DNA of 64,000 nt from Myxococcales bacterium (GTDB lineage: Bacteria; Myxococcota_A; Polyangia; Polyangiales; DASUME01): the NCBI GenBank assembly GCA_047601445.1, contig JASGJH010000001.1, positions 4,384,001 through 4,448,000 on the forward strand. Direction: 5' to 3'. Below are positions 10,207-19,900 of this stretch, piece after piece (position 1 is the stretch's first letter; each line of letters begins with the position of its first letter). Under the pieces are notes generated by a model. The model made no database searches. It saw only the letters and a program-made list of their open reading frames with translations, and was not told the origin of the DNA. Both the position numbers and the translations under genes were made by a program.

Positions 10207-11103
10207 AGCTGCGCCGTGGGCGTCGTGTACTCGCGCTGAGCCCGGGCCGCTCGAGGTAACGCTCGCTGGCGGAAGCTACGCGGACAACGCGCAAGCGGAA
10301 TGCGAGCCGGGGCAGCGATATCGCCAATCTCGAGTTGACGAGTCCGGATGGGAGGGTCCTGTCCGTGCCTGCGCCCACCTCAGGGGTGCCTTTGAGGGTG
10401 CCCGGTGTCCTTTCACGAGGGCGATCGCCTTCTGTACCGGTACCCCGGAAAGCGCCGCACGTACGCCACCCAGCAAGCGGACGCCAAGGGCGGGGTCCGT
10501 CAACCGCCACCACTATCGCCCTGCGGCCGCCCAGCGAGCCTCCATCCGATAGGTATCCCCCGGCGCCCTCGTTGCCCCTTCGCCAAAGGCGGAAACGAGG
10601 TCATGGATAGGGCCCGCGGCAAGCTTCGAGTCAGCGAACGCAACGATTTTTGGACCGATGACTGCGTCGTGACGCCGCTCGACCGGATAGGTGCCAATCG
10701 GCGCCACCGGCACCGGATGTTGTTTTGGTGCGCTGCGAACCGGAGAGCCGCTTCTTGCCAAACGCAGAGCGAGAGTGACAGCCACGCCAGCCGCATGACC
10801 AGCGCCGGCCCCCAACCTAGCAAGGCCTGGGTAGTCGTACCAGAGTGCATGGCTCTTGGAGTCGGTTCCACTCTGCTTCGAACTGCTTTCCATGATTCTT
10901 CCTCTTTCGGTTAGCTGGACTGGCCATTCTATCTGGAGCGTCTACCTCGCGCCGAGACCAAGAAGGACCACGACGTTTTCATTGTCGTCAGGAGCGTGCG
11001 AAGCGAGCACCAGTATCACGTGAACGCTCTCCCGTGGCGGCGTGGCCGCGAACGAAGGCCTCGCTTATCAGCCCGCAGTCCGCAACAAATGAAGGAACAC
11101 CAT

Positions 11104-11733
11104 ATGACACCGAGCGAACAAGCCCTGAGCAAGGTTCCCGAAGCGAGAGGCTGGGTGGGCAACGCTATCGGCGCCCTGGACGGAGTCATAACGTTCAATG
11201 GGCGTCGTGAGGAAATCAAAGATCTGAACCAATTCAAGGCAGCAAACGAACACTTTCACGTCGAGCTGGAACCTGCACCTGGAATCGTCGGACAACTACT
11301 TCGCCTTTTACCGTTCTTCCCTGAAACCGACGTCACTCTCGCTCTCCTCACTGAGATTCGTCGACAATACTTCGATCTACTGCAGGCGTTTTCGCGTGCC
11401 ACCTTTGTCGACGCACCGCCTGGCGGCGGTCAGGAGAATGTAGGCGCGGCGCCGGCTTTCGTGCCTCGGGAACGAGATGGGACGTTGCGAATCACCCCGC
11501 ACTTCCAAGAGCTCGGACCATTGTGTCAGGTGCACTGCCTCGTTCACGAGGGAACGCACTTCCTGAGCTCGGAGTTTCAGGACTTTGCCTATCGCGACCG
11601 AACCGGCGAGCCTGACCCCAACAAGTACATTCAGTTACCGGTTGAGAACGCGATAAGAAACCCCGACAGCTACGCGTACTTTGCGCTGCAAGCGGCGCGC
11701 GGCATAGACCGGGTACTATCTCGCGAGGAGTAG
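11104..11733 (+). CDS. M35-like (aspzincin) zinc metallopeptidase
   Basis: HEGTH zinc motif followed by DFAY and AIRNPDSYAYF. AAGGA RBS before ATG 11104. Confidence 0.8.
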   Translation: MTPSEQALSKVPEARGWVGNAIGALDGVITFNGRREEIKDLNQFKAANEHFHVELEPAPGIVGQLLRLLPFFPETDVTLALLTEIRRQYFDLLQAFSRATFVDAPPGGGQENVGAAPAFVPRERDGTLRITPHFQELGPLCQVHCLVHEGTHFLSSEFQDFAYRDRTGEPDPNKYIQLPVENAIRNPDSYAYFALQAARGIDRVLSREE

Positions 11734-11823
11734 ACTGAACCATGTTTGGCTCGGCCTCTTCAAGCAACCGTCTGGGGTGACGACCTCCTCGGTCTCCCCA
11801 GGTGACGAAGCTTCTTGCCTCCC

Positions 11824-12615
11824 TCATCGGACTCGGCTGCAGGCCATCGACGAGCGAGCTGTGACAACAGACGGGCCGAGCGAAACGCAACGCGAAGTGG
11901 ACGCGCGCGCGGGCTCAGGACGTTCTGCAGTGTGATTTGCGGGCTGCGCGCGATCGCCTCCGCGGCCTCCCGTGCTGATCTCCGGATCCTCCAAGCGCAG
12001 GGCGTTATACCAGGCCACTCCTCGCGCCGCGCGGAGGCCATAGTTGGTTAGAATCTCGTCGTAGTCTTTCGCGAAGCTATCGAGCAATCCGAGAGCAGGT
12101 TCATAGCGCTTGATGACCTCCGACTGAACGCCTTCGACCGCTCCACCGAGAACGTCGTTCACCCGATGGAAGTCGGCGATGCGCGACTGTCCCTCAGGGT
12201 TTGTCATCCCCACCTCGACCAGCGTGTGAGGAAGGTCGTTCACGATATGCGCCGTCATACCGAGCACGAGCTCTTCGAGTACCGAGGTACGGCGCCCTTG
12301 AAGAGCGGCGAAGACCGTCGCCCACGCACCAGATTTCAAAGTGCCCGCTTCGTGCGCATCGAGGGCGCGCAAGTACCGGCCGGCGAATGACACCCCCAGG
12401 TCAGCAATCCAGACGGTATCCGAGAATCCGGCGTGCGGCATCTTAGATGCGAGTTCGAGACTGAGTTTCACGTACGCGGTGGTGAACACAGCGCGATGGT
12501 CGTGTGCCCTTTCGTAGCGCAACGCGTAGCTCTCCAGTAACTCGGCGAGCCGATAGATACGCTGCGCCGGGTCCAGACGCGGGTCAGTCAACCACTGCTT
12601 TTCGCTTCTCTCCAT
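11824..12615 (-). CDS. DUF5995-like protein; probable frameshift near 11970, true end probably 11760
   Basis: Motifs DHRAVFTTAY, FAGRYLRAL, LVLGMTAHIVNDLP and DFHRVNDVL. GGAG RBS. Confidence 0.75.
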   Translation of the reverse strand: MERSEKQWLTDPRLDPAQRIYRLAELLESYALRYERAHDHRAVFTTAYVKLSLELASKMPHAGFSDTVWIADLGVSFAGRYLRALDAHEAGTLKSGAWATVFAALQGRRTSVLEELVLGMTAHIVNDLPHTLVEVGMTNPEGQSRIADFHRVNDVLGGAVEGVQSEVIKRYEPALGLLDSFAKDYDEILTNYGLRAARGVAWYNALRLEDPEISTGGRGGDRAQPANHTAERPEPARASTSRCVSLGPSVVTARSSMACSRVR

Positions 12616-12791
12616 GATTCACTCCATCCCTACGTATGATCGACCACCATACCGCCGACCTTTGGACACGTCACCGTCGGCTTGACTGCATCCACTGCTC
12701 TTCGCTGCGACGATCGGCGTCCCGTGCTGGGGGCGCACAATCGCAAGCGCGATGATGCTTGCTCGGCGAGCAATACTCAGACGCACTTCTT

Positions 12792-15128
12792 TCAGACCTT
12801 GCAGAATGGACTCGCGACGACCGCTGACACCTCATCTCGGTCGAGCGTAGGCAGCTCCTCGAGCGAAAGCGTGCTGCGCGCGGTCATCAGGCGCTCCTCC
12901 GCAACGTCTGCGACATGCCCGAGTCCGAGCACGTGTGCCACCTGATGTGCGAGGGTCCATTCAGTCGCGAGCGTGGCCGACACGACCGCACCCGGGCGGT
13001 CAGGAGGATGCAACGCGCAACCGGCCTGGGCGGGAACCAGGGTGCGCACGAAGTAGATGACGACGTCATCCGACTCGGCTCCGTCGCGGAGGTCGAAGAG
13101 GTCGACCTGAGCATCGCTCGGAGCATCCTCTCCAATAGCCAAGGTGTTGAAGCGAGCGAACACATCGTCTTCTTCGTCGTAGGTCTCCCTTGAAACTTCC
13201 ACCACGTCGACTTCGTACTGCGCGAACACGCGCTTTGCGTTGGCGAGCATCGCTTCGATTCGGATCTCGGGCGGCTCCTCGAACACCTTGAGGTGCAAGC
13301 GCACGGTGCTGCGCGCAAGCATGGCCTTCCAGAGGTTCGAGCCGGTCATCTGGATGCGCTCGAGCGGTCCTTCGGTGGTCGCCTGGTACCTCAGATTCCA
13401 GTAAAACTCTGAGCTCTCACCAGAGGTTGAGATGAAAGACTTGGTCGCTTCGAACAGCGGCAAAGCAAGGTCCATGATGCCGACCGGATAGGCCGAGCCG
13501 TGGTGGAAGACTGGCTGCCAAACACCGGGCTGCACGTCCTTGCACGACGCAGCGTAGACGAAGTGGTTGTTGGCCCGGAGCTCAAGCTTGACCTCCTGGT
13601 TCAGAGGAACCATCGGACTGCCCAGGAGCTGGTAGGGCTTCCCGGTGCCTGCAAACTGAGAGACCGTGTCCTCTTTGAAGCCCATCAGCGGATACTTGTT
13701 GAAGACGCTTTTTTGGTTCTCGAACTCCAAGCCCCAACGCCAGTGCGTATGCACGCAGTCATGCTCGCACACAGGCGCCATCCCAATGGAGTCGATGGTA
13801 AGCTGCCACCTATCCTCAGCGAGCTCCTTATTGCCAATCAGACGGTGTGCCTTCATGCGAGGTGACAAGTGCAGACTGTCAAACGCACCCTGGCGTGGCA
13901 GCTTGATGATGTCGCGCTGAACGAACGGCATGAACCACGATTTCTTCAAATTATCCGGCAAGAGGTATGAGCTGAGTCCCTCCTTGTACATCACCGTGCG
14001 CAGGCTCGGACGCGTTAGCAAGATCTCACCGACAGCCGGCGCGAGCTTCGCTAGCTCGGAGGGGAGAAATCTTGACCACTGCAATATCCGCATTGACACG
14101 TCAAACGCGACCTTCGAGTAGTCGAGATGCTCCAGTAGCCTGGACAGCTTCCGTCGGCCGGTCGAGTAGTCGACCACAGTGCAAGGGTTCTCAAAGGGAA
14201 TGGTAGGAGAGATATAGTCGAACAACAGATCCCAGTATGGGAGAGCGGCGATGTTCAGAGGATCGGTGGTCCGCGTGACGTTCGACTCGGTGACAAGAAG
14301 TGGGCGGATCTCCGGATCCATGTCTGGGTGACCCAAGCTCTTCGATGGCCTGGCTACTCCGTAGTAGCCCGCCTTGAAGGGGCGCATAATCGAAATCTTG
14401 GTCTGGAGCGCCTCCTTCCCCGCTATCGACTGGTTCGACATGATCATCAGGTGGGGGTAGAAGCGCCCCATGCCGACGGTTCCCGTTGGCTCGAAGTCGG
14501 CGCGCTCTTTCATGCAGACCAGACTGAGTACGACGCATATTAGGTGTTGCGCGCCCGGTTGAGTGGTTCCCGGGTCAGGCATGAATGTAGGAGCTTCGAA
14601 GTCTGCCGCTGCGGCGGGCGTGGGTTCCTTGTTCTTCAGTGTTGTAACGTTGTATGCGAACGCCGCAGCGAAGCTTTGATCCAGGGTGGCAGGGATGGGC
14701 CACCACGGATTGGTACCCGCGTTGGAGCCGTCTGGAAGCATTAGTCCTTTGACGAAGTAGCGCTGGGTTAGCGGAAGCTCGACCGTCCCCGTGGCCGTCC
14801 GCACGGAGATCGGACCAAAATTCACACTCATCGCTACGGTCATCCAGCCCTCGATGGCGTTGCCGTGCATCGCGGCCATGCTTCGCGACCACACCTCGAG
14901 TTGCCCGACTCGATTCATCGGGGCGTCTAGATCGAATGGTTTGAGAGCTTCAGAGTAGTCCCAGAACCAGATCGGAAGACTTGCAGGGGCTGAGGCTAAC
15001 GGAAGTTTAGGAGTCAAACGCTGGACTGGAAGAGTCGATCCACGTCCGAAGTTTCGGATCTTGCTTAGATCCCCGCCAGCTCCGATTCTGACCAGCGTGT
15101 CGTCCAAGATCTTGTCTAGACTCGGCAT
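12792..15128 (-). CDS. 778-aa hypothetical protein with C-terminal zincin-like domain lacking the catalytic Glu
   Basis: GGAGG RBS before ATG 15128. C-terminal WTLAHQVAHVLGLGH...RLM. N-terminal ~610 aa not recognised. Confidence 0.75.
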   Translation of the reverse strand: MPSLDKILDDTLVRIGAGGDLSKIRNFGRGSTLPVQRLTPKLPLASAPASLPIWFWDYSEALKPFDLDAPMNRVGQLEVWSRSMAAMHGNAIEGWMTVAMSVNFGPISVRTATGTVELPLTQRYFVKGLMLPDGSNAGTNPWWPIPATLDQSFAAAFAYNVTTLKNKEPTPAAAADFEAPTFMPDPGTTQPGAQHLICVVLSLVCMKERADFEPTGTVGMGRFYPHLMIMSNQSIAGKEALQTKISIMRPFKAGYYGVARPSKSLGHPDMDPEIRPLLVTESNVTRTTDPLNIAALPYWDLLFDYISPTIPFENPCTVVDYSTGRRKLSRLLEHLDYSKVAFDVSMRILQWSRFLPSELAKLAPAVGEILLTRPSLRTVMYKEGLSSYLLPDNLKKSWFMPFVQRDIIKLPRQGAFDSLHLSPRMKAHRLIGNKELAEDRWQLTIDSIGMAPVCEHDCVHTHWRWGLEFENQKSVFNKYPLMGFKEDTVSQFAGTGKPYQLLGSPMVPLNQEVKLELRANNHFVYAASCKDVQPGVWQPVFHHGSAYPVGIMDLALPLFEATKSFISTSGESSEFYWNLRYQATTEGPLERIQMTGSNLWKAMLARSTVRLHLKVFEEPPEIRIEAMLANAKRVFAQYEVDVVEVSRETYDEEDDVFARFNTLAIGEDAPSDAQVDLFDLRDGAESDDVVIYFVRTLVPAQAGCALHPPDRPGAVVSATLATEWTLAHQVAHVLGLGHVADVAEERLMTARSTLSLEELPTLDRDEVSAVVASPFCKV

Positions 15129-15189
15129 GAACACCTCCAAGGCGAGCCGTGAGGACGCCTCATTCGACCACTGGTACGGGACTCCAGCT

Positions 15190-16941
15190 TCAGTCGTTTG
15201 GCCTGGGCTTGCGGGAGATCGCGGAATCGAAGGCTAGTCTACTCGCGCCTTCGCCGCGCCCGATCGACACCTGTCGCGTGGTCCAGCGCAGGTAGCTGCC
15301 ATCGGAGCGGCGTGTCATCGAAGGCATGCGACGCACCAAGACTCCTTCCCGGGGGACCTCCGCATCGTGCAGCGTCTGGAGGTCGGGGCGCTGCAACAGC
15401 TCACCCAGGGGGACCGGCGACGCGCCGTCTATTGCCGGCATGCGGCCCTGCACGAGCTGCACGGCACGGTAGCCCAACGAGCGCGGCAGGTAAGGAATCC
15501 AGCGCGCAGCCACGTTCGACTGCAACCGGTAGTCGAGTTGTGCGCGCTCGACAGGCCCGCGCGATGCCAGCGATGGGCCGTCGCCCTCGCGTGAGCGGTC
15601 GCGCGAGACGCCGCTCGGGCCCTGCACCAAGCGCTCGACGGCCCACGCGAGATTGGCCATTTCATCACGCAGAAAGAGCACTTCTTCAATCGGTGCGCCG
15701 CGCTGCACGGCCACGGCACCAGGCGGGATGAGGAGCCCTTCTGTGCTGGCCCCGGAGGCGGCTGCAACCGTAAACATGCGCCAACGTCCGTCGGGACTGA
15801 CGTCCCCGGTGGAGCGGACGACGAAGCGTTCGCCGAAGGTGGTCGTGTAGATGACCGACTCGACTCGAGCCAGTGAACCCAATGGAACATCGACCGGGAC
15901 CACAAGCCAGTCGTTGCCATACGTGAGCGCGAATTCTGCCACCAGCAGGCGCGCTAGGTCCCATGGCTCGGCCTCGACGACGCCGAGATTGACCTGTGCG
16001 TCTTCCATTTCCCAGAGGCGATCGGCAGGCATTCCCGGGTACCGCAACGGACTCGCGAGCAACTTGTGCTCCTCACGCACCTCGGCGGGTTCGGCGTCGA
16101 TCAGCGGAAGCTCTGCCGAAGATGCTGGATCAAACGAATACCAATCGATTCCAGCACCATCGTGGTCGGGCGCCGCGAGGACATCATTGCCCGCACCAAT
16201 GCGAAAGCGGTACTCGAGGCGCTCACCGACGAAGGCATCGGTCCCCCCCGGTAGGGGCGAAACCTCGGCGCGGTACCACGCCATCCATCCCGCGATCGCG
16301 TCACCCAATTCTTGCTTCTGCGTGGCATTTGCAGGCATGAGCCACGGCGGCAGTCCGCCCGCAGCCTCGATCGCCTCGCAGACGAGCTCGGCGTCGGCCA
16401 CTTCTCGGTTGCGAAGCAAGCGCACCAAGCGAAGCCACGTGGGGTCCAGATCCGCATGTGCTCCGTCCGGATGGTCGATGGGATTCAGATCGAGTGGGCA
16501 GTGCTGGACGATAGCTTTACGAAAGCTGCCTAGCCCCGCGTCGTCGAGGGCGGCGAGCAACGCTGCAGCGGCCTCAGCACGTGGACGCAGTCCAGGTGCG
16601 CGGGTCGTGATCGGTTCGCGCTCGACCAGTGGTTCCAGCAGATCAGGTGGCTCGGCACCGAACGCCTTCCCTTGGGGATCGGAGCCAGCGGCCCAGCGGT
16701 CGACCTTGATAGTCTTCGTGACGACACGCACCGTGAGCGGGGTCCCAGCATCCTCCCCCTCGAACTCGCCGAGTTGCCACTGCCGGCCCAGCATCCACAG
16801 CGGGTCGTGAACGCGTGCCTCGATCCCTGGGCGTGGATCCCCCGCCGAGCTTTGGGGCTCTAGGCGAGTCCAACTCGGAGGCTCCACGAGCGTCATGGCA
16901 TCTGCGACGAAGCGATCGCGGGTGAGAAAATCGGTGGACAT
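15190..16941 (-). CDS. Conserved hypothetical protein (583 aa) of the DUF6603 operon
   Basis: Blocks WTRLEP, DPLWMLGRQWQLGEF, YPGMPADRLWEMED and YGNDW. Starts 2 nt after the upstream stop; GGAGG RBS. Confidence 0.85.
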   Translation of the reverse strand: MSTDFLTRDRFVADAMTLVEPPSWTRLEPQSSAGDPRPGIEARVHDPLWMLGRQWQLGEFEGEDAGTPLTVRVVTKTIKVDRWAAGSDPQGKAFGAEPPDLLEPLVEREPITTRAPGLRPRAEAAAALLAALDDAGLGSFRKAIVQHCPLDLNPIDHPDGAHADLDPTWLRLVRLLRNREVADAELVCEAIEAAGGLPPWLMPANATQKQELGDAIAGWMAWYRAEVSPLPGGTDAFVGERLEYRFRIGAGNDVLAAPDHDGAGIDWYSFDPASSAELPLIDAEPAEVREEHKLLASPLRYPGMPADRLWEMEDAQVNLGVVEAEPWDLARLLVAEFALTYGNDWLVVPVDVPLGSLARVESVIYTTTFGERFVVRSTGDVSPDGRWRMFTVAAASGASTEGLLIPPGAVAVQRGAPIEEVLFLRDEMANLAWAVERLVQGPSGVSRDRSREGDGPSLASRGPVERAQLDYRLQSNVAARWIPYLPRSLGYRAVQLVQGRMPAIDGASPVPLGELLQRPDLQTLHDAEVPREGVLVRRMPSMTRRSDGSYLRWTTRQVSIGRGEGASRLAFDSAISRKPRPND

Positions 16942-16943
16942 GG

Positions 16944-19900
16944 TTAGTGGTCTACCTCCAGGAACTGCAGCACCTCTTCGCGCGCGTACTGGGTCTTCAA
17001 CTTGACCCAGTCGATAACTGGCTCGCCTTGGAGCGACCAGTCTCGAAAATACAAGGCAGGCAAGTAGCGTCCTGCGAACGGGATCTGTTGCAACGTGAGA
17101 GTCCGCATCTGCGCAAGCGCGCGAGCTTCATCCAGAACTTGGACGAGGCGATCGTTGGTCCAATCCCCGCCATCCGGACTCAGGGCGATCAGCAACGCTT
17201 GCGGCGGGCGTGCACCGGGCGCGTTGGCGTTGAGCGCGATGCCCGTGCTGGCGATATCGACGAGTTCGGCGGGCTTGTTCGGATCGCGAGGATCCGAGCG
17301 CTCGAGACGTCGTGGCACGATTTCCGTCCATTCATCCAGTACGAGCCCGGCGACAGCCCCAGCCAGTGACGGTTCATGGCCTGCATCCGCGCCGGTCACC
17401 TCTGCAACTATGCAGGTGAGGGGCCTGGTCGGCGGTTGGCCGTTGGCGAAGGGCAATCCCGCCCAGGTGCCGTAGGCGTCTGCGGGGGACTGAACTACGC
17501 GCAAACGCGGGCGTTGACCGAGCGCTTCGCGGACTAGCAAGGTCTCGCCCAGCGACGACGCGCAAGCGCGAAGCGCTCCCGCGCGGGCAAGCCATGGACG
17601 GATATCGGCACCCGGTCGCGCGCTGACGCCTCCTGGACCAACCGCCTCGGACCATGGGTCATGCTCGTTGGGAGGAGGGGGCAACCAGCGCGGAACCACG
17701 ACAAAGCTGCCACCAAACAGTCCTCCAATCGCCTTGGAGATCAGTTCGACGGCCCCTCGAGAAGAAGGTGCTCCCTCGGCCTGTGCCAGCAGGCTCTCAG
17801 CAACCTTCAGCCTCGAGGCTGCTTCCGTACGCAACGCGTCGTCGACTTGCGCTTGCTCGGCGTCCGTCAGCGCGAGCTTGGATACGGTCGGTGGAGGTCG
17901 CACTCCGAAACTGGCTAGTTGTTGGAGCGGGCGATCGGAGGCGCAGGCCGCCTTGAACGACCGCACTGCCTCCGTGGCGCGCTCACGCAACTCTGCAACG
18001 TCGGCCTTGCGACCTTGGGCCCCCTCTTCTACGGCACGCCCGAGGTCGCACACATCCAGGGCTCGCCCACTCGTCAGCAGAGCGCGCAGCATCGAAGCGA
18101 GCTCCCAGATCGGAGCGAGATGCGCGAAGTCGTCTCCGAGAGGTCTGGGATTTGCGCGCAGGCGCGCCGCGAGGGTGCTGCTTGCGAGACTGTCGCCGTC
18201 TGCATCGTAGAGCACATCGAGCGCCGACAGCTCCGCATCCGCGAGGGTCGTCCCAAGCGCTGCATCGAGCAGAATCGCGCGTGGATCGCCGAGAGCCCCT
18301 TGAGCCCAGCGGTCCAAGCGGGGCTCTACGCGCGCGCGCGGACTGATCGTATTCCAACCGTGGATCGGCCGCGGCGCCGGGTCGGGTACGAGGACGACGA
18401 TTCGATGCTGGATCGGCACGCCGCTGCGGGGCGTTCGGGCCACCTCTGGCTCCGGGGGCAAAGCCTCGCCGGCGCCCAACACGTCGAGCGCGGCCGCCGC
18501 ACGCGCAGGATTGCCCGCGGCAATTTGGTAGACGGACTCGGCGAGGAGAAGATCCGCGACGGCGTCGTGACTTCGTTCGAGTTCGACGATCGCCGCGAGC
18601 ACGGCTTGCTCTTCTCCGCCCTTCGGCGGCTTCCATGCGTCGGGCGGAACCAGGTAGCGCGTGTTGTCGGGACCGAGCGCGAGCTTCTTCTTGATGGTCT
18701 CGGGGTCGAGCTCCATCAGGCGAAGGCCGTCCACGACGTCGGAGGCCGCCACGCTCTCCTCCGCGGTCTCTCCGGGAGAGGTGAGCTTTCCAGCCCGAAG
18801 TGGAGCGAGCGCGCGCAGGACGTAGATGAAGCGATCGAGCTCGAGTCCATTGCCAGACGCTTCGTGGAGACGCCGTTCGAGGCGATAGCCGAGCAACGCC
18901 CCGAGCGACTGACCGCGCCGCATCCCTCCGAGGAGGGCGAGCGCGTCACGCGTACGCGCGCTCGAAAGGTCGATCTCCAAGGCCTCCGCGTTGGGATCTC
19001 CATGGCGGTGCGTGAGGCGCCCGCTACGCAGGATTGCGGCAGCGGTAGCGTGCATCAGGCTCGGTGCGTAGACGTAGCCACCGTCAGCGCGGTCATGGAA
19101 GACAGGGCGGTCGTCGATTTCGCCTGCCTCGTCGGGGGGATTCAGCGTGATGTTCTCGAGCCACCCGTAGGCACCGAAATACATCCCCTGAGCACCGTTG
19201 GCGCGCAGCGAAGAAAGCCGCAGTGAAGCTGCCGAAGTCAGCCATGCGTCCAGTCGATGAGAACAGCAATCGAGGGTCTCGCTCAGCAGCAGCCGGCGCT
19301 CCTCGAGCGATTCGATTGTAGCGATCAACTCGAGCGAGCTCCGCACGGAGGCCGACCAACTCGCGCGACAAAAGAGCTCACCGATCGCCTGCATTCCTTG
19401 GCGCGCGCTCAGCCGATCGATGCGCTGTCCTTCGCCGCCAATCTTTTCCACCATCGTCTCGGGTGCAATTGCTGGGATAGGGTGCCGGTCGGCGACGACG
19501 CGCGGGTCCAGACGCCCAATTCGCGAGACGACGTGGAGCGCGGCCTTGCCCACTACGGGGTCCTTCACAGCACCTTCCACCAGGACTGCGTCGAGCGCTT
19601 GCGCGAGTAGGCCGGCATCAAGGTTGGAGCGGTTTGATGCGATGGCTTCGCGCACTACTCCGTGCATACTCGCAGGCACGATCGTATCGCGCCGATGCTG
19701 GTCGATCGCGTCGGCATGTGCGAGCAACACCTGCAGCACGCTCTGGGGAGTCATGCTGGCTCGCGGTCCATGAAGGAGATGATTGACGAACTCCACGTCC
19801 GATTCGTGTACGAGTGGCAATGCCAGCGTACGAGTCTTCTTCCCTAGCAGGTCGTGATCATCGAGCGCATTGTCTGCCACGCCCGAGAGGAGCAGCAACG

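Noticed and set aside
10500..10893. Overlapping minus-strand ORFs of 123 and 126 aa as an immunity gene
   Set aside because: No recognisable motif, convergent with the toxin candidate, and the real frame cannot be chosen.
17919..19226. 435-aa plus-strand ORF and similar long antisense ORFs (30331..31551, 41827..42975, 42950..44125)
   Set aside because: Shadow frames of high-GC genes on the opposite strand, with no motifs or RBS.
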